From assembly GCA_028534125.1 (NCBI GenBank), contig CM052816.1, positions 58,344,001-58,408,000 on the forward strand: 64,000 nucleotides of DNA, written 5' to 3'. Source of the DNA: Lama glama. Taxonomy: Eukaryota. Below the pieces are notes generated by a model. The model was not told the origin of the DNA. It was given only the letters and a program-made list of their open reading frames with translations, and did no database searches. Positions 51,160 through 63,619 of the stretch are shown here, piece by piece. The translations under genes were made by a program, and so were the position numbers. The first letter of the stretch is position 1. Every line of letters starts with the position of its first letter.

Positions 51160-51835
51160 TTCTTTCTCTCTGACTGGTCTTGGTGCTTCCACCCTTGCTG
51201 CCCACAGTCTACTCACAAGACAGCAGCCAGAATAACTCTTCTAAAACATAAGTCAGATAGATTAACAGTCTCCTGTTTCAAATCCTACAAGGTCTTCCCA
51301 TTTCTTTCAAAGTAAATGCCAAAACTCTTACACTGGCCCATGAGGCCCTACGAAATTTGCCCCCTTCTTCTGCGACTTCTTCACTCCCTCCTGGCTCCTT
51401 GAGCTTATCAGCACGTGTGACACTCTCCCACCTCAGAACCTGTGCACTGGTCACTCCCTCTGCCTGCAACACTCTCTCCCCAGGCACTGACAGGGCCAAC
51501 GCTCTTCACTCCTTCCAATCACAGCTCAAATGTCACCCCCTCAATGAGGCTGCCTATTCTAACCACTCATTTAAAACTGCAACTTGACCTTCACCTTTCT
51601 CTCTCATACCCAGGTCTACCTTCTTTCTCCCCCCATGACATTTATCACCTTTTAACACATATTATGTAACATAAACTTTATGACACTTATCATTTATTTT
51701 CTGTCTCCTCTTGCTACAATGTAAACTCCAGCAGGGCAAGGATCTTTGTCTATTTTGTTTGCTGAAGTCTCACTACCACCTAAAACCTCACCTGACACAT
51801 AGTCGCCTCGCAATAAACATTTGTGGTTGAATTTT
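51160..51835 (+). mobile_element. L2 3' region
   Basis: cagcagccagaataactcttctaaaacataagtcagat..tgtaaactccagcagggcaaggatctttgtc..caataaacatttg. Confidence 0.8.
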
Positions 51836-51936
51836 ACAATACAAACCGGAATTTAAAATCATTTATTTACAAAACTATCTAAGAAAGTACCATGGACTAT
51901 GGAACACCCTGAGCCAGCACTTAGGTATGTACCAAC

Positions 51937-52021
51937 CCTGGGTCTAGAAGACAGTCAACTCTTTCTCTAGGTAACAGTTTTCCTCTTGATACGTGACGTG
52001 CCCGGGCTTTCTCACCACCTC
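51937..52021 (-). CDS. MCCC2: MCCC2 exon 3 [27 protein letters not shown](G)
   Basis: Acceptor TCTCAG, donor GG|GTTGGT, 85 nt. Confidence 0.96.
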
Positions 52022-53809
52022 CTGAGAGAAAAAACGTTATTAGATTAAATGGATACACTACAAGGTCTCCATTAACTTGACCCCAGAAAAACATATAACA
52101 CTTAGTCCAAAATAGACTACTTTGTAAAAGTTAAACACATCCTTGAAAAACAGCTAATTTTTCAGATCATCCAAACCAGCATTTTTTAAAATCAATCTTT
52201 CCCTGATCCCATAGTATATCACACATTCTCTAAGTTCAGCAGTAATTACTTAAGGAAATAGTATAGTATTTTCTCTGCATCTCATGCATTGCAAATACAT
52301 GCCTTGCCTCATCTCTACCACGTTTACTAAAGACCTATAAAAATCTAGCACTGTACCATATGCTATGTGAAACTTTAAAAAATTCCTAACTTCATTTGTA
52401 CCAGGCAACAACATTATTTTAGAAATAACTTCCATGATAATCACAGCAAAACTTAGCTAAAGGTTCCATTTAGCGACCCATAACATTTTAGGCCCTCAAA
52501 CAGGCAAGAGCTCAACACCTTGCACAGCAATTTAAAAGGCCCTTTTTGTTAGTATCCTGACTCACAGACCGTCTTCAGCGTTTCCTCATGTTGCTCCAGA
52601 CAATTACAGTAATTGAAAGTCTGCTGAGGAGGCCCGAGGAGGCTGCTTGAGGTGAGGGGTGCACCAAACCTCACCCAGTCTGAGAGCAGCCGGCTCAGTA
52701 CCTGGAGACTATAACCTGCTCTCAGCAAACCAAGGTAACAGATCAGAAAAGAGGATCAGATTGTACCTTAATACCTTCATCTTCACTGTTGCCCAAGAAT
52801 TTCACCTTAGTGGACTCCTTACCTACCAAAACGTTCAGCTATTTGAGAAAGCTATTTCTTTGTTTTCTTAGTAAGTTCATACTGATTTCAAACCAGTTAC
52901 CAAGTGGCACGACCTTATTTTCAAATCAGTACTCTCTCCTGTTATCTAAGGGGATTTTGTTTTTTTTTTCTAAAGAGGTGAAAAGCATATTTTTAAGATT
53001 AAATCTGCCTTAAAGTAACCAAGAAAATCATATCATACATCCAATCTTTTAAAATGAAAATAATCCTGGGAGGGAAAGACTTACAAGACAGTGTGAATTA
53101 AGTCAAACAGCTTTTCTCTTTTCTCCTAACCACAGGGAATTCAGAGTTCCCTACTGAGGTTGTTTAGGGGTTGGAGAGAGGAGAGAGAGGGAGGACGGGA
53201 GGGTGACACAGGAGCAGAAGAAACTTCCGAGAGTGACACGTTCATTATCTTGACTGTGGCAACAGTTTCATGAAGGTATACATATGTCAAAGCTCATCAA
53301 ATTGTACACTTTAAATAATGCAGTTTACTGTATGTCATTTAAACCTTATTAAAGTTGTTTAAATATAACTATTACAGAAAAATGAATGAGGCTTGAATGA
53401 AGATCTCTGGAGAATCAGGTGAAATGTGTCCACTAAGGGGCTAGCAGGGAAAAGAGCGGCAGGGGAGGGTGGGATGAAAAAGAAGTGATAAAATATATTT
53501 ATTTTCTTTTAAGTACTTAGAACAACATTTTTCTTAAATCTGACTAGAGCTTGCTATTTAGAGCACCTGGAAAATTCTGGTTTTATTAGGAAAAATATGA
53601 TGCAGATTCTCAGATCATGAATTCAGCTCCTCGGCATTTAAACTTGGCCTAGGATATGTGGACCACCACGAAAAGACAGCATGACACGGTGCCTTAGTTT
53701 TCCAAGGATTACTCTTAAAGATTTTGCATTAATTTTTTCAACTCCCAGACTCAGAGTCAGACAAGCCTGATGTTTTCCTTCAGTCTCATCTATCATATTG
53801 CATTGATTC

Positions 53810-54140
53810 TGAGACACACACATTTTGTTCACATTTTAACATTCCTGAAAATCAGGGGGCATTTTACAGTTTATAGCGTCTTTCCATTACTGTCGCCAGG
53901 GGGCAGTCGAACAACACGGCTGTCTGCCTCGGCATGCACAGCACAAGTGTCCAGTCGTGGTCACTTCAATGGTGCTATATGCATTGCTAGAACTATATGC
54001 ATGGAGTTTAACATCCATTTTAAAATGCTTTCAAAAACCACATAAGCCTTATCTTAAGGTCATTAAAAGACCCCTGTTCCAACCACCAAAACAATTTGCT
54101 TTTCTGTATCAATAAAGTTATTACCCAGTTTTAGAAAAAC
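53810..54140. mobile_element. Kanga/MER104-like Tc2 DNA transposon fragment
   Basis: ttcacattttaacattcctgaaaatcagggggcattttaca resembles the TcMar-Tc2 terminal region. Confidence 0.45.
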
Positions 54141-55287
54141 TGCTGTATCTATCAGCACTGCTGAATCTATCAAAACACTAACAGCCCTTCAATTAACTTG
54201 TGTTAAAGTACTCGGTTCTGGCTACCATGAGCAACACAGCTGGGATCATCCTTGTCCAACCTACAGAAATGACTAAACCACTCCTCAAGCAATCTTATAT
54301 GCTCTAACAGGAACCAGAAGGGAGAGCAAAGACAGTGCCCTCAGAAGAAACCTGAAACAAAAGTAGCAGTGAGGCAGGAAGGAAGGAAAAGACAAAAAGG
54401 AAGACAAGCAAGATTCCATCCATCGTCAGTCTTTCTATTTATTCCAAGTTCTCTCAAATGAAAACGACAAGGGTTAACTTCCAAAGCAATCTGAAACAAT
54501 GCCCCTTCCTCTTTCTGAAAATTACCAGCTCCTGATCAACACAATTACTGAGCTAACCTTACAGGCATTCACAAAATCGAAGAAAATACTCAGGGCGAAG
54601 TGCACAAAATCCTCCAAACAAAAACCACACAAACACACATACACACATTTTGTTGTTAATGTTTTTATGAGACTCACTAGAACTGCATCAGAAGTGTATA
54701 TTTAGAGAGATTACTGATGGGTGATTTTTTTGTTTGTTTCTTCTTTATACTTTACTTTCCAAAATTTCTGTTATTTATATATATATTATACAAGTTTACA
54801 TTACTTTTAAATTACATGTGCTTGTGTAACACCCATTTTCCTGGCATAACAGGACCAATTCTAGGCAACACTGCCAAGAAGGCTGTCCTTTCCTGGTTTC
54901 ACTCCCCAAGGAGACCTGCTCAGTCCACTCTTTTCCTTTACCAAACTGTCATCTGAGCAGAACCCACCATCCCCACAGGTGCTCAGTGCTGGAGGACTCT
55001 ACCACCTCTCTTATTCAAACCCAGTCATCTTAATAACTGAAGGGAATAATCATTTCATCAATACCACTCCCTAACAAAATATACTTTCATTTCAGCAAGG
55101 CTTTTGGTTCTTTTTCAGGAGACAATGCCTTATTACAGAATAGCTGCAAGAGTATGATTCTAGTCAACTTTCTGAAAAGACTACCAGCAGAATATTTTGC
55201 CTCTCAAATCATACCTAATAGACAAAAACTCATGTCATTTTTTTACCACTTCCTCACACTAGAACAGAGCTTCAAGAGGTACCTGGT

Positions 55288-55412
55288 TGGGGGGAGGAAA
55301 TAGCTCTAGTGTTAGAGCCCATGCATGAGGTCCTGGATTCAACCCCCAGCGCCTCCATAATAAATAAACAAACAAACAAACCTAACAACCTACCCGTTCC
55401 CCACCCCGCAAA
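55288..55412 (+). mobile_element. Vic-1-type SINE (diverged)
   Basis: ggggggaggaaatagctctagtgttagag..gaggtcctggattcaacccccagcgcctcc. Confidence 0.8.
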
Positions 55413-56639
55413 AAGGTAACTGCTCAAAAAGAATGACAAATTGCCACCACCACTGTTTTCACAAGACATCCTCCTACTTACACAGCCCTTCTCACTAGAG
55501 AGAAAACAGGGTGGTCTGGGGACAGCATAATTGACATTCTTTGCCTTTTGACTGCTTGCTTTCCTTTCCTCTTTTCCTGAAAACAGTACTGCCACCATCA
55601 CGAAGTTCCAGGAGCTGCCAGCCACAGGATCCTCGAGCCCTAGTGCGCATGGGTCAGGTTAAGTACCACACCCTGGACACAGTGACTGGGCCAAGGAGTG
55701 AACATGGGACCCAAGTGAGCACATCAAAGTTTTCCAAATTGGAGATGAAAGAATAACTAGATCTTTCCTTCAGATCGTAAACTGTAAGAGTGTATAATCC
55801 CTGGACTGTCAACAACCTACTTCCCCACCTCAGAGAAGCCAGAAGAGAATGCGGTCCACACACAGAGGCACATCCTGAGATGAGAGAAGGTGGGCAAAGA
55901 CAGTGAGTCCTGGAAGGATCGGGGCCCTCGGGTCCAGTAAGCACTGTCTTTCTATGGTTTGGTTACAAAAAGCACCAAATGTCACCTTATGGATTAAACA
56001 AGTTTGATACAGATTACTGTGACTTGAAACCATAGAGACCAAATACAGCTATTTTCAAAATAATATTCTTCATTTATTACAAACATCTAAGCTAGAAGGA
56101 GCTATATAAAGTGACGGAGGCTTCATTTTTTTTTTCTTTTTTCTCTGTTACACCCTCATAAAACAGGAGCAGTTACTGCCATCTGAATGAGATCTCTGCT
56201 TCAACTGGTCCCACACTGAGTTCTATGTTTGTTCAGGTCATGGTAGCTTTCAGAGGATTTAATTGATTTTGACACTAACCAGCTATAGTAAAAAAAAAAA
56301 AAAGAGAGAGAGAGAGATCAAGATACTCCAAACAGGTTTATTTGGGGGTCTTATCAATTAATTTTGATTAATCTATTAAGTCAGAAGAAGACAGAAATGT
56401 GCGCTTGATGTAAATAATGCCTATAATTCACAGACCCACTCCTAAGTCTCAAGTTATGAATGAGGTACTGAAAATTTACAAGAAGGATTAAGTAACTAGA
56501 CCCAAGTTATTTAACTATTAGAGGAACAAATCAGTCCACTCTCAAAATTCTACAAAGCTCAAAATACCAAGCTTACTTCTTCCCTTCTACCTATACAAAT
56601 GAACAGACAACTTTAGATGCTCTCTCTGTCCATCTGCCA

Positions 56640-56875
56640 TTCTTAAACCAATCGTCCATGGTTGGGCATATGAGTTGTTTCCATGTGTTGGCAATTATAA
56701 ATAGTGTTATTATGAACATCGGGGTGCATGTTTTTGAATTACAGCTTTCATCTTTTCTAGATATATGCCAAGGAGTGGGATTGCTGGATCATATGGAAAC
56801 TCTATTTTTAGTTTTTTAAGGAACTTCCATACCGTTTTCCACAGTGGCTGAGCCAATTTACATTTCCACCAATAC
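56640..56875 (-). mobile_element. L1 fragment, antisense
   Basis: gagtgggattgctggatcatatggaaactctatttttagttttttaaggaacttccatac. Confidence 0.85.
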
Positions 56876-56991
56876 TAAATGCACAGTCTTGAAGAGTGAA
56901 AAGCTTAATGCTACTGGTTTTTTCTAAAACCAATAATTATAAAGGAACATCTTAACTAAAAGCATAAACTGAAGAATAAATGAGTGCTTAC

Positions 56992-57058
56992 CTAGTCTTA
57001 TTTTCTGTGCTCGCTCATGGAGTTGATTTACTAGTGCTTTCATCTGTTTGTAGTTTTC
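56992..57058 (-). CDS. MCCC2: MCCC2 exon 2 ENYKQMKALVNQLHERAQKIRL(G)
   Basis: Acceptor TTTTAG, donor G|GTAAGC, 67 nt. Confidence 0.97.
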
Positions 57059-58163
57059 CTAAAAGTAAAGAAAGAAAAAAAGAGGGAGATGGTTATTGGA
57101 AAGCAATTATCTTTTTACCAAAATAAGGGTTAAGAAGAACATCATTATACGCCAATTCCATGTGGCCTCCACACTGGGCCAACTCCGTTATGTAAAAAAG
57201 ATTAACTAATTCCTGCCTCTCTATCTCTGCTCAAGCTCTCCCTCATTACCACCATCCCTGTCTGGTCCACCTAGTCAAATCTTACCCCTCTTCTAAAACC
57301 TAATTCTTGGTCCAGCTCATCTCTAACACCATGTCTGGCTACTCCTACTCATTTTACAATGTCCTTCCTTACACATCTACTGAACCGAACTGATCTCTGT
57401 TCTCCTCTGCAAAGAAAGGTAAGTTCTCTGAGGGTTAGAATGCCACCTTCTGTCCCATCAGTCACTTTCCTGAGAGGATTCCAACCAATGCCAAAATACT
57501 AGCTTTTACTTACTGACAAATTACACTTAACAACAAAGCCCAGGGAGAAAATGGATCCTACTTTATGTTTAAAAAGGAACAAAACTCTGTTTGCATATGT
57601 TTACAAATCTTCTAGAGAAGTATATAAGCAAATATAAACACTGAGAAGTGGAAAAAGGGTAGAGGGACTAACTTTTCACCTTTGTACTTTAAATTTTATC
57701 TGATCAGCACACTGATTTAGAACAATACAGAAGTAGGTAGTTATTTTTGAAAATTCAGAGTTTATCCCACAAACACACTTTCTTCCCCATATGTTACAAA
57801 CATCTCAGGTGACTTAATTCCTTTTATGTGACATAATGTTAAGCAGCTTTCCAGCTGTTCAAAATTAGATGAATTAACACTCTTTACAGTATAGCTCCAT
57901 TATTTCCTATTTTCTCCAACTCTGAGCACTCCTGAGGTCATGGTTTCTGCTACACTTTTTTGCTCTGCAAAGTCCAGAGAAAAAAAAAAAAAGAAGAGAT
58001 AAGCAACATACTGTTAGGGAGAGAATCTCTGTCCTGGAATAGGGGGATCCCAACCCCTGGACAACACCTGCCAGCCCTGTGATTATTGCCGTTCTAAGCT
58101 CACCAAGCCCTGCATCCTAAGGCAGAGAACCTGCTGGGCACATGGTCAAGAATTTGCTAAGAA

Positions 58164-58332
58164 TAGTGTTTCCCAACCTTGCTAGACATTGGAATCACTG
58201 GGAAGCTTTTAAAAATAAAAATAAATACTGATGACTGGTCCTTCCCACCCCACCTCCCCCCGCCCCAGAGAGTCTGATGTCATTGGTTGTGTGTGTAGCC
58301 TGGGCATTAAACACACTACAAGCTCCCCAAGT
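58164..58332. mobile_element. MER5-type element
   Basis: agtgtttcccaaccttgctagacattggaatcactgggaagctttt..ccccagagagtctgatg. Confidence 0.7.
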
Positions 58333-58334
58333 AA

Positions 58335-58820
58335 ACTGGAAGAAATATTGTTAAAATGACCATATAACCCAAGGCAATCTACAGAGTCAATGAAATCCCT
58401 ATCAAAATACCAATAGCATTTTTCACAGAACAAGGACAGATAATTCTAAAATTTTTATGGGAACACAAAAGACTCCAAATAGCCAAAATAATCTTAAGAA
58501 AGAAGAACAAAGCTGGAGGTATCATGCTCCCTAATTTCAAACCATGCTACAAAGCCACAGCCATCAAAATAGTATGGTACTGGCACAAAAACAGACTCAT
58601 AGATCAGTAAACTCAAAATGGATTAAAGACTTAAACGTAAGACCTGAAACCATACCTTCTAGAAGAAAACATACACAGAATTCTTTCTGACATCAATCTT
58701 AGTAATATTTCTCGACATGGCTCCTCAGGCAAGGGAAACCAAAGCAAAAATAAACAAATGGGACTACATCAAACTAAAAAGCTTTTGCACAGCAAAGGAA
58801 ACTATCAACAAAACGAAAGG
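58335..58820 (+). mobile_element. L1 ORF2 fragment with internal deletion
   Basis: ORF 58717 ..[26 protein letters not shown] is L1 ORF2p. Confidence 0.9.
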
Positions 58821-59596
58821 GCTTCCACTTCTCTATTTAAATGTCTTAGCTGACAGCCTGCAAAATGAAGTCTACATGTGGCTTCTCTCCTCTGCCTGGC
58901 CACATTTAGCAATCCATCTAGTCCATGATTTCCACACCCTGGCCATGACTTCCAAGTCCTTCCTAAGTTCTCATAACTCTTTAAGTTTGTGTAGTCTTGT
59001 CTCCCATCCTCTTTCCTGAACCTGGCCAGTTCTTACCCAACACAAGATCCAACTCACTTGTTACTTTCTAACTGCAGTTTTCTACAACCACTTTTTTAAG
59101 CTTTGGACACCACTTACTACAGTGCACTGCTTTCTTGTCCATCTCCCCGACAAAATTCTGATTCCATTCCTACACATCTATAACAAATACCTAAAATAGT
59201 GCCTAGACCACAGTAACCACTCAGTGTTTCTGAATTAAACATTCTCTTCTGATCCCAGAAAATCTATAGACTTTTGGAAGCCTCTCACTGGATATTGTTT
59301 CTGCTTCAGCCTGCTGATTTTCTTTCAATCTCCTGTTTTCCCAAAGGCAGGAATTATATAAAATGTTTTTTCTCTGAAAGTCATTTTCACAATTTAAATG
59401 TTATTTGCACAAGCTTAGAAACCATGGAACAGACTGAAAATTTCCAGCTCTGATATTTCTCAAACCAGGAGTTGTTCCTTTGACTTTGTGATACTTCACA
59501 ATTGCAAGAAAGTCCATTTAAAGATAAGTATTTTCTATTAACATTACCAACTATTTAAAGTCTGGTAAGCACAACCCAGGGTTAGCTGTGCTAGGC

Positions 59597-59746
59597 CAGT
59601 GGTTCCCAAAGTTGGCGGCCACCAAGATCCTCCTCTCCTTCCAACTTCATTAACAATGCAAACACCAGGACCCCACCCGAGACTGAAAAGGTGAGGCTTA
59701 AGGCAGCCTCCCAGATGACACTGCTAGGCCAGGTTTTGAGAACCAG
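59597..59746. mobile_element. MER5-like element in intron 1
   Basis: cagtggttcccaaagtt..ggccaggttttgagaaccag termini. Confidence 0.55.
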
Positions 59747-59849
59747 AGATTTTAAACATACAAAGTAGAGCGCCAGTGCTAAAAGTGAACTAAAATGTAT
59801 CTGATTTCTAATTGTTTTCTTTTTCAAACCCTCTAGTGCGTCCCAGAAT

Positions 59850-60490
59850 CGTGACTGGGGATCCAGAGAAGAGAGCAGCTGCTGTAAAAGTGTGCCCACC
59901 CTCCACCTGCTCCCCAGTCCGGCCAGCGCCTTGTCGCGTCGGTCCGGCACTGGTGGATAGGCGGAAGAGAAATCACTGACTCGGGCTGGGTCCTCCAGGC
60001 CCAGGCCGCTCACCCAGCCTACCTGGTAGACGGCAGAGCTCGAGTCCGCCTGGGTGCCCAGCGTGGCCACGGAGTCCCCATGATAGGCGCGCAGCGCGGG
60101 GATGGCGGCGCGGGCGCACGGACGCAGCGCTAACCTCAGAGCGGCCAACATGGCAGCGGGCAGAGAGGGAGGAAGGAGTGCGAGAGAGCGGCCTGCGCCG
60201 GTCCCCTCCGACTCCCACGCTTCGGGCTACAACTCAGCAGCTACCGTCCTTGCAGCCCTAACCCGCCCGAAACCTCCCGGATTCTCACGCCAGCCTCGGC
60301 ACGTGCCTGCTCACGCCGCCCGTGATTGGTCGACCAGCACTACGTCCCTCTGAACTCAGCCAATAAGGGGCAGAGGCGCAGCCCCGCGAGGCCTGTCCCA
60401 TCGCGAACCCAGGAAGGTTGCAGGGTCCCCGAGGCGGGGCGACCCTGTGGTAGCCCCGCCTCCCGCGACGCAGCGCAGCGGAGCTGAGGC
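59850..60490. promoter_or_regulatory. CpG-island promoter of MCCC2
   Basis: Dense CpG/GC around exon 1; E-box CACGTG 60300-60305; CCAAT boxes 60325-60329 (-) and 60360-60364 (+); GC-box-like GAGGCGGGGC 60431-60440 and CCCCGCCTCC ~60454; no TATA seen. Confidence 0.9.
60023..60151 (-). CDS. MCCC2: MCCC2 exon 1 (mitochondrial targeting peptide) [43 protein letters not shown]
   Basis: GCTGCCATG context; Arg/Leu/Ala-rich presequence; donor CAG|GTAGGC. Confidence 0.97.
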
Positions 60491-60909
60491 TAAGTTCCTT
60501 TGGGGTCGGTCTTAGTTCTTTTTCTATGTGCTGTTTTCTTCTTCCCCAGCTGATAGAAAGGGTATTCTGGGACTTGAAAAGCTTATCCTCATATGAGAGC
60601 TGGACACTGAACAGGCTTATTAAGCTTCCCTAAGAAATTAAACTCTTAAAGGAGATATTTATTCATTCTTTCAACAAATAATTAGTGTTTCATGTCAGGT
60701 GCTATTCTGGCTCTGGGGATACAGTGGACAACAGGCAAAGTGCCTTCTTTTGTAACAGATTATAAGCAAGTAAACAAAAACATTCTAATAGTGATAAATT
60801 ACAATTTAAATGTACTTTTAAAACTTTGCCTATAACAAATCTGAGCTTCCTCATAATCTCTCATCCTCTGGACAATGAGAAAAAAATTAATCTTATTTAG
60901 TCCATTCAA

Positions 60910-62060
60910 GTTTCAGGTTTATTTTGAGTTAATTTTTCGTATATGGTGTTAGATAAAGGTCTGGCTTCATTCTTTTCTATGTAGATATCCAGTTTTCCCA
61001 AGGCCATTTGTTGATAAGACTGTCCTTTCCCCACTGAATAGTCTTGACACCCTTGTCAAAAATTATTTCGTATACAATGGTTTATTTCTGGACTTTTTAT
61101 TCTGTTCTATTGGTCTGTATGTCTCCTACGCCAGTAGCACAAAGTCTTGGTTACTGTAGCTTTGTCCTAAGCTTTGAAGTCATAAAGTGTGAATTTTCCA
61201 GCCATGTTCTTCTTTTTCAAGATTTTCTTGGCTATGTAGGGCCCCTTGAGATTCCATATTAATTTTAAGGCGGGCTTTTTCTATTTCTGCAAAAAGTGTC
61301 AGGATTTTAGTAGGGGCTGCACTGAATCTGTTGATCACGTTGGGTACTAGTGATATCTTGACACTATTAAGTCTTCCAATCCATGAACATAGGGTATGTT
61401 TCCATTTATTTATATCTTTAATTCCTTTCAGCAATAATTTTTTAGTTTTAATTGTGCAAATCTTTCACCTCCTTGGTTAATTCCTATTTTATTCTTTTTG
61501 ATGCTATTTAAATGGAATAGTTTTTGTAATTTCCTTTTCAGCTTGTTCATTATTAGTGTGTAGAAATACAACTGATTTTTGTGTGTGAACTTTGTATACT
61601 GCTACTTTGCTGAATTCATTTATTAATTCTAAAAAATTGTGTGTGTGTATGTGTGTGTGTGTAATCTTTAGGACTTTCTACATGTAATAAATCATCTGTG
61701 AACAGAGATAATTTTACTTCTTCCATCCCAATTTAAATGCCTTCTATTTCTCATTCTTACTTAATTGCTCCAGTTAGAACTTGAAGTATTATATTGAATT
61801 GAAGTGGTGAAAGTGGAAACTTGTGTTGTTCCTGATCTTACAGGAAAATCTTTCACTCTTTCAGTAGTGAGTATGACATCTGCTGTGGGTTCTTCATATG
61901 TGGCTTTTATGATGTTAAGCCTTCTCTTCGTAGTTTGTTGAGTGTTTTTATCAGGAAAGAGTGTTAAATTTTGTCATCTGCTTTTCTGCATCAGTTGAGA
62001 TGATCATGCGGGGTTTTCTCCCTTCATTCTATTAATGTTGTGCACTACATTGATCAATTT
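60910..62060 (-). mobile_element. L1 ORF2 fragment, antisense
   Basis: ORF 61180..61434 ..DINKWKHTLCSWIGRLNSVK.. is L1 ORF2p; (TG)n at 61638-61662 inside. Confidence 0.9.
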
Positions 62061-62289
62061 CATTTTATACCTATTTAATGTTAGACGTACTTAAAATTTT
62101 ACTTGTCTATATTTATCCTGTTTATCTTATTATAACTGAGTTTCTAAGTCTGTTTGCTTAGAACAAATAGCATTCCTATAGTATTAAAATCTTGCTTTAA
62201 TAGCTCCAAGGGCTAGTTTGAAAACTTAAGACTGAATGGATGTTATAGAAAATACATTTGTTAAAATCTTTAAAAATGTTTTTTCTTTT

Positions 62290-62488
62290 AATTTTTTTTG
62301 GGGGGGAGGTAATTAGGTTGTTTTGTGTGTGTATACACACATACATAAATATAGATATAGATATACACACATACATATATAAATATAAATATATATATAT
62401 ATTTCTTTTTATTGGCAGTAGTAGGGCTTGAACCCAGGACCTCATGTGTGCTAAGCACATACCCTACCACTGAGCTACACCCTCCCCC
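62290..62488 (-). mobile_element. Vic-1-type SINE with an internal (TA/CA) microsatellite
   Basis: Reverse complement GGGGGAGGGTGTAGCTCAGTGGTAGGG..GAGGTCCTGGGTTCAAG; (TA)-rich expansion 62325-62401. Confidence 0.85.
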
Positions 62489-62614
62489 TAATATCTTAAT
62501 TACAATACGAAAATCAACTGTTTTTCTGTTCCAACAGTAAATATACATGTAAAAATAAGCATTTAAAAACATCCTTTATAAAGATATCAGAGACTATCTT
62601 AGAAATAAATCTTA

Positions 62615-63098
62615 GAAAAGATGTGCCTCTCCTAGGTATTGACACTAGAGAAATAAAAGCATGTCTACAAAAAGATTTATACAAGAATATTTATAGTAGC
62701 TTTATTCCAAAGAGCCAAAATTTGGAAACAACCAGTAGAAAAATGGATGGGTAATTATGGTATATTTATATAATGTGGTATACACATAAAATGGAGTACA
62801 ACTCAGCAACAACTGGAAACTACTAAAATGCTAAAAAAGTGGATGAATCCCCAAAATATGTTGAGCAAAAGTAACCAGATACAAAAGAATATGTAATATA
62901 AAGTGTGTCTATATATACACACACACAAACACACACATAGTTCAGGATCAGGCAAAACTAATCTCTGTGGATGACAGTGGGGAAGGGTCTAAAGGAATTT
63001 CCAGAGATGCTGGGAATGTATATTTGTTTTGTGGGGTGGTTACACAGGTGTGTGCATTGTCAGTATCCAAACTGAACACTTCAGATCAGTGTACTTTA
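62615..63098 (+). mobile_element. Old L1ME-type 3' end, split by the RPS12 retrocopy (resumes ~63635-63660)
   Basis: ggatgaatccccaaaatatgttgagcaaaagtaaccagatacaaaag..gggtggttacacaggtg..actgaacacttcagat. Confidence 0.7.
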
Positions 63099-63619
63099 CT
63101 CTTTCCCTGCCACCGCGGAGTCCCGCAGAGGCGGAGGCTGGGGTGCATTCAAGATTCTGCTCCATCCGTGACCCACCACCATGGCCGAGGTAGGCACTGC
63201 TGCTGCAGGTGTAATGGATGTCATTAGTGCTCTGCAAAGAGGTGCTGAAGACCGCCTTCATCCACGATGGCCTAATACATAGAATTCATGAAGCTCCCAA
63301 AGCCTTAGACAAGCGCCAAGCCCATCTTTGTGTGCTTGCATCCAACTGTGATGAGCCTTTGTATGTAAAGTTGGTGGAGGCCCTTTGTGCTGAGCAGCAA
63401 ACCAACCTAATTAAGGTTGATGACAACAAGAAACTATGGGAATGGGTAGGCCTCTGTAAAATTGACAGAGCGGGGGGGAAAAAAAAAACCCATAAAGTGG
63501 TTGATTGCAGTTGTGTGGTGGTTAAGGACTATGGCAAAGATTCTCAGGCCAAGGATGTCATCAAGTACTTCAAATGTAAGGAATGATCAAATAAAGAAAC
63601 TTAGCTCTTGAAAAAAAAA
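63099..63619 (+). pseudogene. RPS12: RPS12 processed pseudogene (40S ribosomal protein S12), full length
   Basis: 5' TOP CTCTTTCC; ATG 63181 [14 protein letters not shown]..; +1 frameshift near 63236; ORF 63218..63586 matches RPS12 ([30 protein letters not shown]..); intronless; AATAAA 63590, A-tail 63611-63619; TSD ATCAGTGTACTTTA 63085-63098 / ATTAGTGTACTTTA 63621-63634. Confidence 0.96.

Noticed and set aside
58717..59019. ORF with L1 ORF2p peptide (also 61180..61434, 30738..31019, 18660..18887)
   Set aside because: Short fragments of truncated L1 copies; no intact or active element
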